Origin: Antedon mediterranea
Lineage: Eukaryota; Animalia; Echinodermata
Length of the DNA stretch: 64,000 bases
NCBI RefSeq assembly: GCF_964355755.1
Contig: NC_092676.1
Span: forward strand, 25,810,871 to 25,874,870
Direction: 5' to 3'
In this document: in pieces, positions 25,301 to 37,900 of the stretch
How positions within the stretch are numbered: the stretch's first letter is position 1
Layout: each line of letters starts with the position of its first letter
The notes under the pieces: generated by a model
Told to the model about the DNA's origin: nothing
Databases searched by the model: none
The model's input: only the letters and a program-made list of their open reading frames with translations
Program-made: the position numbers and the translations under genes

Positions 25301-28300
25301 GTCACAAACACACCGATGTTAACAATCTGTCTGTCTATAAGCAGGTAAAAATGCTATTCCAAGCATAACTGTAGATAAAATTCGCCTGTTCCCACTCCTC
25401 CATTTATAATAGATTCAGAACTAGTTTCGTAAATATACTGCTATTATTTGTGAAAATTGATATGATTATATATGATTTAGATACAGTATTATGATTTTAA
25501 GCAAATATACAAGTATATGTATATAAATATATAAGTTTTTAACTGGGAATATACAGTACCTACAGTTTGAATTAAACAATTTGTGTCTTGTCTGTTTAGA
25601 CTGGTGTATTGAGAACAAATTGTGTCGATTGTCTTGATAGAACAAATACAGCTCAGTTTGTCGCTGGAAAAATTGCACTCTCCCATCAAGTAAGTAGCTA
25701 TCGATCTTCTTTTACCTTCTTTCTGCAAATGGTAGGCCTACTACTTTTTAACAATATACTGTATTTTACTGGAATAAACAAATAATATTTATCATTTTTT
25801 AGCTTTTTTGTCTTGGTGTTTTGGATAAAATTGACCTAGAATTTGACTCTGATATTTTAAGGTAAAATTTCTTTTATTTTTAGAAACAAATTCTTTGAAA
25901 ATATGCCTAAGCATTTATTTATTGCCCCTTATAAAATATTATATGACACTTTTAAAGCCTATAGAAACTTACTACTTACTAAAGCTCTGTCTACATTATT
26001 AAACTTTATTAAACTTTATGTGACAAAAAATGTGATGTGGATACGATGATATCACTACCATATTTAAGAATATCACTACCTTTTTTGGGCACATCACATT
26101 TTTTGTAAAAACTAGTTTGATAGTGTGTACAGAGCTTTACGATGTAATTTCTATTTATAGAATCTTGGAAGATATGTACGAAGATCATGGAGATACATTA
26201 GCTGTCCAATATGGTGGCTCGCAACTTGTACACAGTATACGTGACTACCGTAGGCTCTCTCCTTGGACGTCGCATTCCCGAGACATCAAACAGACTATGT
26301 CAAGATATTTTAGCAATGCGTTTTCTGGTTTGTGCGAAATTCAACTTTTACTTTTTAGTAGTCTGCTAGTACAAACAAAATATTCCAAATGATTGGCTAA
26401 AACAAACCATTTCTGGCATTTATTAAAGTATTATCTTATTTTCACAGACCATGAGAAACAGTGTGCAATAAACCTTTTTCTTGGTGTCTATCAACCAACA
26501 TTGGAAAGAACAAACTTGTGGGACTTGCCTTCTGACTATTATCTGCACCACACATCCACTATGGGCCGACACAAGAAGAAACCAAACTGGTTAGTCTTTT
26601 CATCCTCTACTTCCATAACAGTAGTTTTTTTGTATATTTGTATTTACTATATGCATATAAATCTCGAATTTTCCTAATATTGTAATTTCTTTCTGTTGAA
26701 AATAATGAAACAATACTGTCTGCAGATTGGATATAATATATATATATATATATATTATATAATAATTTTTATTTGAATAGCTACACAAATTGGCTTTCCG
26801 AGGATGTCCGTTGTGTTCTACCATTTTCTCGCGATGAAATCAGGAATTGTATACTGGAGTATCAGCGAGGTGAAATTGGTGATGGTCATGTTGATATTTA
26901 CATGGACCTTTATCGTCCCTCAGAGTTCTCATCCATAGAAACACTCTTTTACAGTAATATGATACATTCCATCAGGTTAGTATATTATGTTTTAGACTTT
27001 TTAATTGCACTGCCTACTTCTCACCAAACAAATAAACGCAAATTACTGGTGGAAAATGACAATGCTGTGTGTATCTCAGTTGCTGAATCTCAATGGATAT
27101 ACTGTATAAATAAAATAAAAGAACTAATTCAAAATGATAAAGTAGTGGCAGGCTTTGGGAAAACACTATTCCTTCTTCAGCATCAAGACTAATTACAGTA
27201 TATAGTATATACAGTTATAAATCTTAATTTTGATCTTATTTGAATAGGAATTTCATGCCTAAAAATGTTACCTGTCACAGTCCATTTGCAGTGAGAAACG
27301 AAGAGAGGTAAGAATCAAAATTTGAGACAAAGAAAACATCACATTATTCCATTGTTTTAAATAGAAATTTACTGAATGACCTTTGGTTTTACTCTTCTAG
27401 AACAGAGTTGATAAATCAGACAATTCCTCACAGAGTATCTGCAGGAGGAAAACCAATAGATCAGGATGTATCCTCCAGTACTGAGGACAGTTCCTCTAGT
27501 GAAGATGGCACCACAGTCTCATCAGTAGAGCAAAGGAACCACAATGATGTCAGCAGCTGTGTGTCTTTTAAGGTACAAGACGTAGTTATGTTTTTGTAAA
27601 ATTTAATACTAAAATGTGGCAAGTTAGGTGCTTGACCATTTCCTGTGTGAAAGTCATCCAAATTGAGCAAAGATACTAAAATTATGTGCTATGTGTATCA
27701 TTTAATGTACCAGACACACAGTAGTTATGTTATTGTAAAATTTAATATTAAAATGTGGTATGTTAAATGCTGACCATTTCAGGGGACGATTCAGTTGGCC
27801 CGAGCCACCATTTCACAAATTGTAATGCAAAAGGTAGAACATCAAATTACGTTCAGCACTTAATTTCACTATTAGGCACTGTCTTTTGTGTGTAAAAGTC
27901 ATCCCAATTGACAATTGACTACTTGATGTGCAGTTATCCTACCAGATTAACTACTTTTATTGACACTATCCCAGAGTCCTCAATTCCAAGTCCTGGCTTT
28001 GATTTGTTGCATGGCAAATTACAGTCCTTCATAACATTACTTAGTTTAGAAAATGTGGGTTTAGTTTTTCCTGTGAGTGGATAGTCAACTTGCTGTTATT
28101 GATGTGTGCATTCCAAAGATCACATTTCTAGAATGATCTCCCCAGTACCATAGGAGTTAGAAAAATATAGGTCGCATGATTTCACTTTTGCAGGATTTGT
28201 TTTCAACAATGAAAGAGTCTTATGGTGTAGAAATTACAAAACCAACCCGCCACGATGAGGGTATCTATCAACGGTTTGTCCAGATAGAAATCAATGCATC

Positions 28301-28847
28301 TGCCAAGACAACGGAGCAGATGTCACCAACGGGCAAGTCCTTCAAACGCTGTATAAAAAGGTGTACACGCCTGTAAGTAAAACCTTATTTCTATACGATT
28401 GTCCCAGACGTATATGCGGCGCTGTAAGATGCGTGCTGGTAGTGAAGACATGATTACTTTATATTTTTTAAAATTCTAATTAATTTATTTACAAGCGCTA
28501 CATGTTAGCTACCAATGTTAGTTAGTCTACACCATCAAACTAGTTTGACAAAAAAGTGTAATATGCCTAAATAAATATGGTAGTGACATCATCAAGTCCA
28601 TATATGGGCACATCACATTTTTTTGTAACATCAAGTTTGATAGAGCATACTGTATTCTATTCTTTTTCCCCCCAGATTACACAATAGTGCATTTTCATTG
28701 GACAGCTCATATCATGTGACACCCCCAACAGTTTCTCGTCATTCCAAAGCACTGTACGAAGAAAATGTCAAACTTGCCAGTCATGGGGTGAATCACAACA
28801 AAGATGTGGATTTATATAAATCATATGTCCGCCAAAGACATTTATGA
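19319..28847 (+). CDS. FIG4: Polyphosphoinositide phosphatase FIG4 (SAC3), ~22 exons
   Basis: Approximate exons 19319-19384 ([12 protein letters not shown]), 19495-19593, 19710-19827, 20366-20420, 20696-20797, 21300-21350, 21566-21636, 22600-22746, 23218-23318 ([17 protein letters not shown]), 23885-24047, 24353-24450, 24633-24766, 25197-25344, 25600-25689 (catalytic [12 protein letters not shown]), 25803-25861, 26161-26327, 26449-26589, 26781-26975, 27248-27307, 27401-27572, 28193-28359, 28676-28847. Confidence 0.96.
19958..20212 (-). mobile_element. Deu-domain tRNA-type SINE, 5'-truncated
   Basis: Shares CCCTACTCGTCTCGAAAGATGTACTAGGTTC and GTTTATAGTCCTTATCCGAGAAGACTCGTTC with the other copies. 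Confidence 0.75.
20960..21213 (-). mobile_element. Deu-domain tRNA-type SINE with intact head
   Basis: On the minus strand: A box TGGCCGAGCGG, B box GGTTCGAGGC, then GTCTTCTCGGATAAGGACTATAAACCGTAGGTCC...GAGTAGGGGGTTACCCCGGTGT resembling the Deu/Nin domain. Confidence 0.8.
22093..22566. mobile_element. Tc1/mariner (pogo/Tc2-like) MITE
   Basis: TA|CCGTAAAACCTCGAAAAGAAGCCCATGGG...CCCATGGGCTTCTTTTCGAGGTTTTACGG, a ~29-bp TIR, with internal GGGCTTCTTTTCGA repeats. Confidence 0.8.
22747..23217 (+). other. U12-type (minor spliceosome) GT-AG intron of FIG4
   Basis: 5' site GTATCCTTTG; branch-like TTCTTGAC at 23198-23205, close to the AG at 23216-23217; splicing keeps the frame (FCSQT-H-VSVFGRP). Confidence 0.85.
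22775..22957. mobile_element. MITE family A copy inside the U12 intron
   Basis: Both TIRs present; the internal CATATCACT(A/G)CCATATTT unit occurs three times. Confidence 0.9.
23356..23763. mobile_element. MITE family A copy interrupted by a ~230-bp insertion
   Basis: Left TIR at 23356-23376; the element resumes at ~23604 after an insert ending in AAATAAATAAACGAAACGAAACG. Confidence 0.8.
24130..24289. mobile_element. MITE family A copy, degenerate
   Basis: Core GTGCCCATATATAGACATGATGATGTCATATCACTACC and right TIR. Confidence 0.8.
24818..25110 (-). mobile_element. Deu-domain SINE copy
   Basis: Near full-length match to the 20960-21213 and 56160-56585 copies. Confidence 0.78.
25983..26136. 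mobile_element. MITE family A copy
   Basis: Both TIRs; ends ~22 nt before a FIG4 acceptor. Confidence 0.88.
28524..28645. mobile_element. MITE family A copy, eroded ends
   Basis: GTCTACACCATCAAACTAGTTTGAC...AAGTTTGATAG. Confidence 0.8.
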
Positions 28848-28933
28848 TAAACTTTTATAGCAATTTACCATTTTAAATAATGAAGTAAGTGGTGCAGCTC
28901 TTCATGTGAAGGGGAAAAACCCAGTATCACTTA

Positions 28934-29063
28934 AGCTCTGTTTACACTATTAAACTAGTTTGACAGAGAAATTGATATGCCCAAATATGGTAGTAAGGTG
29001 ATCATCATTTCCATATATGGGCAAATCATACGTCGTCACATGTTTGATAGTATAGACAGAGCT
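28934..29063. mobile_element. MITE family A copy between the convergent FIG4 and PEX7 stops
   Basis: TTA|AGCTCTGTTTACACTA...TAGTATAGACAGAGCT|TTA. Confidence 0.88.
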
Positions 29064-29317
29064 TTAGACAGTACTTTAATTGACCATTAAAGATGTAGGC
29101 AAATATAAAATTAAATTTAGATATATATTTATTCGTAATTTATTCGTAATTTGTTATTATTGATACAACCCCCTTCCCCCTAAAATGTTCACATAATAGT
29201 ATCATTATTTTCTTTGTGCTTTCAGTATAATAATTTTTGAGACTATTAAAATCCTTGGTTTCTTGAATACACAGAGCTACTAAATGTGTGTGTTAGTCAA
29301 AAACCTGGCATTATTTG

Positions 29318-32300
29318 TTATGATGCAGTGGGCAGTAGTGATTTTGGTGTGTAAACAAACATCTTTTCATCCCATCCACAGTCTACAATCTGAAAACAAA
29401 TTATAAACACAATGAGTATAGATTAATTAATAGCCATGCCTTGCATACTGTACCCAGTGGTGTACCCTCCAATGCCTGTTTTTACCTCTGGGCACTGCTC
29501 AGGGGCCCCACAAGGCTGCGAGGCCCCTGGGTTTAGCCAGTGAGCGCTCATAGCCGTTGCGCCTCTGACTGTACCTATCATTTAAAATATTGGTTAAAGA
29601 AACTTAGCAATACAATATCGTAACGGTTACCTGTCCAGGTTTGTGCAAGTTGAAATCTAAGCCACACACAAATTCCGTATGGTGTTCTATTACTTCTAAT
29701 GGCTGCGTTTGTTTATTAAAATCCCATGTTCTTACAGTGAAGTCGTACGAACAAGACGCCACCACGCTGCCAACATGCGGTGAACACTGGTAATTGAAAT
29801 AACAAACTATTATTATGTATGGTACACGCAATCACTTAGATTAAATAGCTAAGGCTAGTTTAGTCATCCAGGTCAAAGTTCATTGGCAAATATTTAGGCA
29901 TACAGTATTTTACAAGTCACTTGACAGTGATCTACTCCCATTAAGCTTGGTTCCCAGTAGAACGTAACGCAAGGACGTAAACGCAACGCAAGCATTTTAA
30001 CCAATGACCAGCGAAGTTATAGACAGTTAGCAATCACAAGCGAATAAGCCATCGCTTGTGATTGGTCAATTCACTTGCGTTGCGTTACGTCCTTGTGTTG
30101 CGTTGCTAGTGGGAACCACGCTTTACTTACATATGAACAGTAAGGCGTTTGAGGAACTAGTATACCACCTATTTCTAATTAATTCTATTTGTGTCTTTCT
30201 TTTCTGTTCATTATTTTCTATGATGCATTACCTTCACTCTTCTTATTGCATATGTATGTCCCATGAGCTGGAATATTGGTTCTCTTGGTTTTCTTAAATC
30301 CCACCCTCTTACTGCAGAATCCACTGATCCAGTTACAATAATATTCTGAAAAATAGAACATTATAAAGCTCTGTATACACTATCAAACTTTATGTGACAA
30401 AAAATGTGATGTGCCCATATATGGACATGATGATGTCATATCACTACCACCATATTTGAGCACATCAACCTTTTTTTGGTCAAACTTTATACTGTATGTT
30501 GACTGCAAGGATAAGAGTTCATACCCTGGCTGCTGGGGCTTTACTCAGGCTCAAGCTCTGTCTACACTATAAAAATAATTTGACAAAAAAGTGTGATGTG
30601 CCCAAATATGGTAGTGATATGCTTAAATATGGTAGTGATATGACATCATGTCCATATATGGGCACATCACATTTTTGTTGTCACATAAAGTTTTATAGTG
30701 TAGACAGAGCTTTATGGCTAGTCAATTGTTATTTTGTAAACATTTTTACCTCATTGTATTTACACCAATCAGCAGTAAGAACTTCTGAATTGCACACTGG
30801 CATAACCATTCTTGCTTCAAAAGATTTTCTTGTGTCCCAGATACGAAGAGTTTTGTCACCTTCAAAAACAAATTGGGTTTAGATTATCATTATGCCATGG
30901 AGTGTTGGAACAAGTGAGCTGTTACTAGAGTTTTTTATAGTGTTTAAAAGTAATTACAAGTAAACTTTGAATTACCCGTTAATTTATTGTGTTTTACCCA
31001 TTAATTTATTGGGTTTTCCCCCTTACCTGATGCTGATGCAAAACAATTTGGAATATGTGGTGACCAGAGAGCACAATAGACCACATGCTGATGACCAGAA
31101 AATGTAGATAAAGAACTTGGATGGGTTAGATCCCACTGCATTTAAGAAAAAAATATATTGTTGCATAGCCATTAAATAAATACATTGTGAAAACAGTTAC
31201 TATTACTACTGTACTAATTCCATCAAAATACAATAACTAAAGCCTTATTCTTATACGATCGTTTGATTCTTTCGCAGACGTGTAGGCAGTGTTGTAAGAT
31301 GGGTAGTGGCAGTGTCACAGACACGCCATGGATATGCCATAGTAATCAATTTATAAAGTAGAACTGTTCTATTCAGGGGATTTCCTGTGAAACAAACAAC
31401 ACATATGTTTTAACACCATGGCAAACCCCTATTAAGGAGACACACCTATTAAGGGAACACTTTCATTCAAAGGTGTCCCCCTAATAGGTGTTACACTGTA
31501 CTTACTAGTTTAATAGTGCCATCCCAAGATGCAGACACAATTAACTGCTCGCCTCGTGTTTGGCTCCAGTTGACTCCATAAACCTATAAAAAAAATTTGA
31601 TGAAATACACTATTTTTTACTTCCCAATTTGTATATATTAAGGCAAGTAATGCAAATAGTTATTAACAAGTTAGATATTGCAACAACAAAATAATAAATA
31701 GGTACAATTGGTGATGTCATGAGGGGGCCACTTATGCATTCTAGAAATTTGGTATGAATGTTTTGGTCCTAGGCATTCTACTGCACTTACTTCCTTCTCG
31801 TGTTCTTTCAGAACTTTAATAGGACCCTATAAAAAAACACAACAAACAAATTAGCTTTTAATTGTAAACATAATTTTATATATTTAATATCTTTTCATTG
31901 AGATGATTTAAAATGATAAGATGAGGAAAAAGTCGGCCCAACCAAGATTTGAACCCGGAACCTCCTGCTTGATATGCAGATAGGTACATATAATATAAGT
32001 TAAGTACGTACTGTTGGTTGGGCAGAATCCCACACCTGTATAGAGCCATCTCCTCCCCCAGTAACAAGCAGGTTCTCATTGGATTCGGACCATGTGACAT
32101 CAAATAAACCATCGCTCCAATCAAAACTGAAACAAAATAAAAGAGTACATAAAGAAATTTCAGACTATAATCGCACACCAAATTTCACATTGGCATTAGA
32201 TGTGCATAGCCAACACCTACTGTAGGTCACGTCTACCCATTAAAAATGAGCAATTTGAGCCCAATTAGTTGTTTCAAATTGGCATGAATTCAAACTCCGC

Positions 32301-33093
32301 AAAGTCTTTAAATTGCATACAGCATACATTCTGTATGATGGATCTTGCACCCACTTTTTTGAATCTACCTTTTAAGTAGTACTCCTCCTGCTGGTGTGTC
32401 ATCTATGATGAAAAGTGTTCCACATCCTGCAAAAAATACATCATAAAACTTTACATTTTTAGGCTACTCACTAAAGCTTGGTTCCCACTAGAACGTAACC
32501 AGGAACGTAACGCAAGGACGTAAACGCAACGCAAGCGTTTTAACCAATGACAAGCGACGTTATAGACAGTTAGCAATCAGAAGCGAATAAGCCATCGCTT
32601 GTGATTGGTCAATTCACTTGCGTTGCGTTACGTCCTTGTGTTGCGTCGCTAGTGGGAACCACGCTTTACAGTCAAACTGAAAATAGGTCACCATATGGCA
32701 TAACATAACATTAACAATTAACATTCAATTTTTTTTAATGAATTAATTTTAAATTTGTTGTGGCCTGCCTATTAAATGCACCAACCAGTGACAATTTGTT
32801 AAGCAATTAAATGAACAGCAATACAAGAAATAATGTCCTATTTTTTTTTAATGCTAGGCCTAGATTCTAGTAGGCCTGTTTAGAAGTAGGGTCTAGCCCA
32901 GCTAACTAGGCTAAGCCTTTTCAGCCGCTAGATAATGCCAATAAATGGTGTTGAGAGGCCTAACTAAGCATGGCCTACCTGCTATTCCATAATGTTGGGA
33001 CGTAGCAAGGGCTATTCTTTGAGGAACATATGGTGAAAACGAAACTGCAAACCCATGTCTTTTTGCAGACCAAAACGTAGGTTGGTTTTGCAT
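29318..33093 (-). CDS. PEX7: Peroxisomal targeting signal 2 receptor PEX7 (WD40), 10 exons
   Basis: Approximate exons 32979-33093 ([22 protein letters not shown]), 32369-32426, 32012-32126 ([14 protein letters not shown]), 31791-31826, 31506-31584 ([10 protein letters not shown]), 31027-31135, 30750-30859, 30231-30345 ([10 protein letters not shown]), 29631-29787 ([26 protein letters not shown]), 29318-29389 (DCGWDE). Confidence 0.96.
29944..30122. mobile_element. MITE family B, PIF/Harbinger-like
   Basis: TTA|AGCTTGGTTCCCAGTAG...CTAGTGGGAACCACGCT|TTA; extensively palindromic. Confidence 0.85.
30367..30490. mobile_element. MITE family A copy, right end lost
   Basis: AGCTCTGTATACACTATCAAAC plus core. 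Confidence 0.85.
30554..30711. mobile_element. MITE family A copy
   Basis: Both TIRs intact. Confidence 0.9.
32475..32665. mobile_element. MITE family B, second copy
   Basis: Nearly identical to 29944-30122. Confidence 0.85.
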
Positions 33094-33527
33094 TATTCAC
33101 TTTAAAACATGCATTGTTATTAAAAATAAACAATGCTCTTTTTCTCCTCAGTTGTGTTTTTTTCTCAGCCAAGCATGCGCCACCAACGTCGTAGCCTGCT
33201 AAAACTTTTTTATATATGCACGTAACGTAACATCACCACGCGCGGCACGACTAGCCTAAAGAGGAGGCTAGGCTAGGTATATTTCATACATTTTCATAAT
33301 ACTGTATAAGACCGACAAAGTACATTATTGTGAATATAATGTGCATCATGGACTACTCTATTCCCGGACTAGGCCTATCCTATATAGAACTAGGCCTAGC
33401 CTAGGGCCTAGACTAGTAGGCCCTACTACTAGGCCTACCTAGGCCTAGCTTACTATAGCCTAGGCTAGGTCTAGCAGGCCCCTACTAGCTAGCTAGCCTA
33501 GCCTAGTAGCGTTGACTAATAACAGGT

Positions 33528-34425
33528 GGGTCTGTCACGATAAATATGGTCCGGGGCCAAAATCGGTCCGGCCGGACCAGTATTGGCTCTAAAATTGTGG
33601 CCAATAGCAGTCCGCCACTGCCAAAATCGGTCTGGGCTTTTCTTCTGTCGATTTTAATTGAATTACTAGGCCTATGATGCTGTTTTAAGTTGTTTATGGC
33701 TAGAAAAATATCCCATGATATATATTAGTAAGTTATCTTGTCGGATAAATACTATAAATAAATGTATTTTATCTAAAAACATGACTTAGGTGTTCACTCA
33801 TATTTCGGCCTGCCACACACTCACACGAACGGGTATGAGACGCTGATATTGCCAGCTAGATTTTATTTATGATTGAGGCCTTTTTCCTTCCTCAGCCTAA
33901 TCAATATTGGATAATTGTTTTATAATAATTGTATTGAATTGATATATTGATTGATTAACCATAAATAATTAATAAATTTAATTGTTTTTAACATCATGGG
34001 GAAACGAAGATGTTAAAAAAGAACAAAATGGATTAAAAACAGGCAGAGATACATATTGTATACAAAAGGCCTAACAATTAGTACTAATTATTGATGAGTT
34101 ACTACTAATAATGATAATAACAAAAACAGGCTTAATTTATAATATTAAAATAACAAATAAAACCCCGTAGTTTTCAATATAATGTCTAATCATGGCCTTT
34201 TTTTAATGATATATATATTATGACTCATTTTGCGCACCATATAATATTGTAAGACCGGACCATATTTGGCGGCCAAAAACAGTCCTACTGCCCGGACCGA
34301 TTTTATCCAGGCCGAACCAAATCAGTCCGGGCCAAAATTGGTCCGGCCGGACAGGTTTTGGCAGCCATAAATGGTCCCCCGGACTGATTTTGCCAGCCAA
34401 AACTGATTTTGGTGTGACCGATCCC
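33528..34425. mobile_element. Foldback/DNA-transposon relic with GGTCCG/CGGACC-rich subterminal repeats
   Basis: Left end GGGTCTGTCACG..GCCAAAATCGGTCCGGCCGGACC; right end GCCAAAATTGGTCCGGCCGGAC..GTGTGACCGATCCC; AT-rich middle; no clear TSD. Confidence 0.55.
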
Positions 34426-34630
34426 GTCCCACAGTACAGTAATCCGGGCTAGCAAGTACCTAATAATGGACTAGCTGGGAAGTAGGCCTAGCTAGGTAGG
34501 CCCTAGGTGGTGGTGTGGTAACTCCTCTAGTCCTACCCTATACCTTTATCTGTTCAGGTTTTTTTCTTCAAAGTTTTAGAATGTACAATGATGTAATGTG
34601 TTAATAATAGGCCTAATAGCAAAAGGTTAA

Positions 34631-34975
34631 AGATGTATTGTCCCCCAAAACCATGAAAAATAAAGATTTTTAAAATCGGACTTTGAATAGGCCATTTTGC
34701 AGTTTTAATGAAGTTGTTCACTTCCATAAGAAAAAAAACGGGGGAAAAAAATTATTTCACCTATAAAAAGACAAAATAAACAGTTAAATTACCCAAAAAC
34801 TCATTGTCTTCCAGACAATTTGACCATTTTTTGCTTTAAATTACATTTTTCTCAGGTAAATAAATTTTTTTCAGACCCAATATTTTGTGAGAGTGAATAA
34901 CTATTATGTGACATTAAAATAACATATTCAACAACAAAATTAAAAAAAATATTGTTTTAGGGGGACAATATATCT
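34631..34975. mobile_element. Kolobok-like non-autonomous element (TTAA TSD)
   Basis: TTAA|AGATGTATTGTCCCCC...GGGGGACAATATATCT|TTAA. Confidence 0.8.
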
Positions 34976-34985
34976 TTAAGCAAGT

Positions 34986-37900
34986 ATGGGTAAACGAAAA
35001 AAACTCAGAGACACTGCTGTGACAGAAAAAATAGGCCTAGATCCAATCGAAGAACAGAATCGACTTCGCAGTGCAGTGTTGAAAGGTTATACATTTTTTG
35101 TTCTATATTAATAATTAAAATTGTAAAATGTCATTTTTAGATATCAAAACATAAGATAGTGATTGGCTTTTGATATTGAATTCAATTAATATTAATAATA
35201 TAATTATATTGTGATAATATGTAGATTTTAAACAGAATTAAACTTAAAATATTTTTTCTCTATTTATTTAAGTATTTAGAGCACGAGTTTCATCACCAGG
35301 TGGCGGTCCAGCCATAATTCTACCAACCGAACAACCAGGTTAGATATTGAGTTCAACCTCTAGTCAGGGCCGTAGCCAGCATGAGACAGACGAGATGCTC
35401 ACCTTGCCTAAAATTTACTATTTTCACCACGCACACAAATTCCCCAGCACAGAATGTCGTATTTTATAATAATGATAATATTATATTTCAAGCATCTTTG
35501 CCTCGTCTGTTTTCAACCTCTTGCTATGGCCTTGTTAGTTATGATGTGTTGTTGATAATCAATTTTTTATAAAAAATATTTCATTTTAAAATACCCATGA
35601 TTTATATTTCTATGTCAAGTTTATAAGAAATGTGCTGTTTCAGGTATTGAGTCTTTAATGTTTACTATTAGTAGAAAAATCAATAGGTGATCTTCAGCTA
35701 CTTCCTGATCGCGAATCCAGCGAGGATGAGATGATCATTGTTGATCACGTATGTACCAGCAGGCAGGAAACATCTAAGAAAACTTCACAAAAAGAAAAGA
35801 AAAGGAAATCAAGAGGAGAAAGGAATAAAGAAAAAGATGAAAGAAATAAAGAGAAAGATGTGAGGTATAAGAAGCATGCTCCGGTAAGTTTAAAGACACT
35901 AGACCTACAATTTTTTATGTTTTGTAAAAATAATGCATATATATTACTTTAAAAACATTAAACCAGGTCATACCTAGTCTTGATTGTTAAATGTTTTAGA
36001 GAAACAATGCACTACCGAAGTAGCTCGCGTTGAATGTCCTCTTGTGGACAGTCTTAGGCCTAGCTAGGCTTAGTTGTTTAGGCCAAGCTGGTAAAGAGCA
36101 GTAGCGTAAGGAACATCGTACACATTATATGCTTGATGTGAATATAGATTTAATGCAAGCCTACTTGGTTTTTTTTTCTGGAGTGCCCTTTTCAAACTTG
36201 AGACTAGCAACAGAGATTATAGTAAATAGACCCAAACTGGCTTTGCCACATAACATTTTTCCCCTTTTATGAAAAGAATGACATTCCTGTAGTGTAAAAT
36301 CATGTGGAAATATACTGTATCTAGGGAAGAGTATAATTTCCATAGTGTACTTTGAAAATAGAGTTTTACTATTTGAAAATAGGTAAACAGTCAAGCAAGA
36401 GCAGAGTTCAGAAAACATGTAAAGCGAGCTGATGAGATTGTTTCAGTAAGTATTTCTATCATTTAAAACTTTATTATTCCTTGCTGCGTTAGTAACGCTT
36501 TATCTTGGAATTGTATAATGAGCCTGAATGCACTAATGCACACATTGATTTCTTCTTTCCCTTTTTAGTTTTCAGTTATTAAAACTTTTTCAAACAATTT
36601 ACAAATCATTGTTTATATATGTATGATTCATGTGAATAAAGTGATTGATGATCATTAATCTATATATGTATCTATATTTGTATTACCTACCTAAATAATA
36701 TTCTAAACAATGATTTTTTAATTGTAAATATGATTATTATATTTCTTATATTATATTAAGTTTAATTTGTTTTTCAGAAGTCAAAATTGGGGAGGCAGAG
36801 AGCACTGCAAAGTTATTCTAGTATCACCCAAAATCGTCTAACGGTAAGGAAGAAGAAAGTTTTTAGAACATACATTTTTAAAGTTCATGTTAACGAGACA
36901 AAACGTTGTAAATATGTTTTCTTTGTGTTTTTTTTTACAGAGAAAACTTGGACTTTACAATCAAGGTAAAAAATCAGATAGAATCATCAGAGGTAAGGAA
37001 TTGTGTACAGTAAACTCTCCCATTATCGGACACATTGTCTGAACACCGAAAAATTTCCCAAAACCAGAAACTTGAGGTACAAAAGGTTCCAAATTCTTTT
37101 TTTTTAACTATTAAAAACACATTCTGAATACTAGACTTTTCAGAAAACCAGGCATATTGGGCCAGCCCAAAGGTGTCCGGTATTGGGAGAGTTGACTGTA
37201 TATATAAACTTTATTTTTAATTTTTAGAATCATAATATTAATATTCGCAATGATATAATTCTTCAGTATTAGGGCCTGTGCAAGACCTGAGCAACCACAA
37301 AGAGAAGGATCAGGAGATCTTAAAGAAAATAATTTTTTTTTAAAGAAAAAGTATGGTATGACAATCACGCAGCCCCTGATTGGTCAGTCTTGAATCTTTC
37401 AAGAAAGAAAGAAAAAAATTCTTAATTCCGCTTATCTATAATTTTTCTATAATTTTATTTTTCTCTTCAGAACATCTGCCTGTACATGACAGTGTGTTAA
37501 AGAGGACAGAGAAAGATCTAAGGAAAATTCTGGATAAATCAAATGATGGTATTGAATGTCCGTCAACACCACAATCTGCCCCTTCATCTGAACATCCACT
37601 TAATGTATGTGATGATAACATGAACAATACATATTACAGCTGTCAAAGCAGTATTAGTTACTCCAGGTAACTAATTGGGCAATAGTATACAAATAATGAA
37701 TGTTTATAAGTGTAATGGTACAAATAATGGCATGAAGTGAATGAAAGGTTATATTTGAAAAATATAGGAAAATAGTACTATTGAACAACCATGTAATAGT
37801 GTGTACTATTGCACGCCATGAGACCTACAATCGTCCAATCAAATGAGAGGAATTTATTTAGGTTTTATATAATATTGAGAAAACATCTCAGGAAATTATG

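Noticed and set aside
30496-30882. ORFs containing [15 protein letters not shown] peptides (similar ones at 22599, 40167, 45388, 50863)
   Set aside because: Read-through into MITE family A, not a protein motif.
31925-31985. tRNA-like 3' half on the minus strand (GGTTCCGGGTTCAAATC..TTTTT)
   Set aside because: Only a B-box half with no complete cloverleaf; probably a SINE-head remnant.
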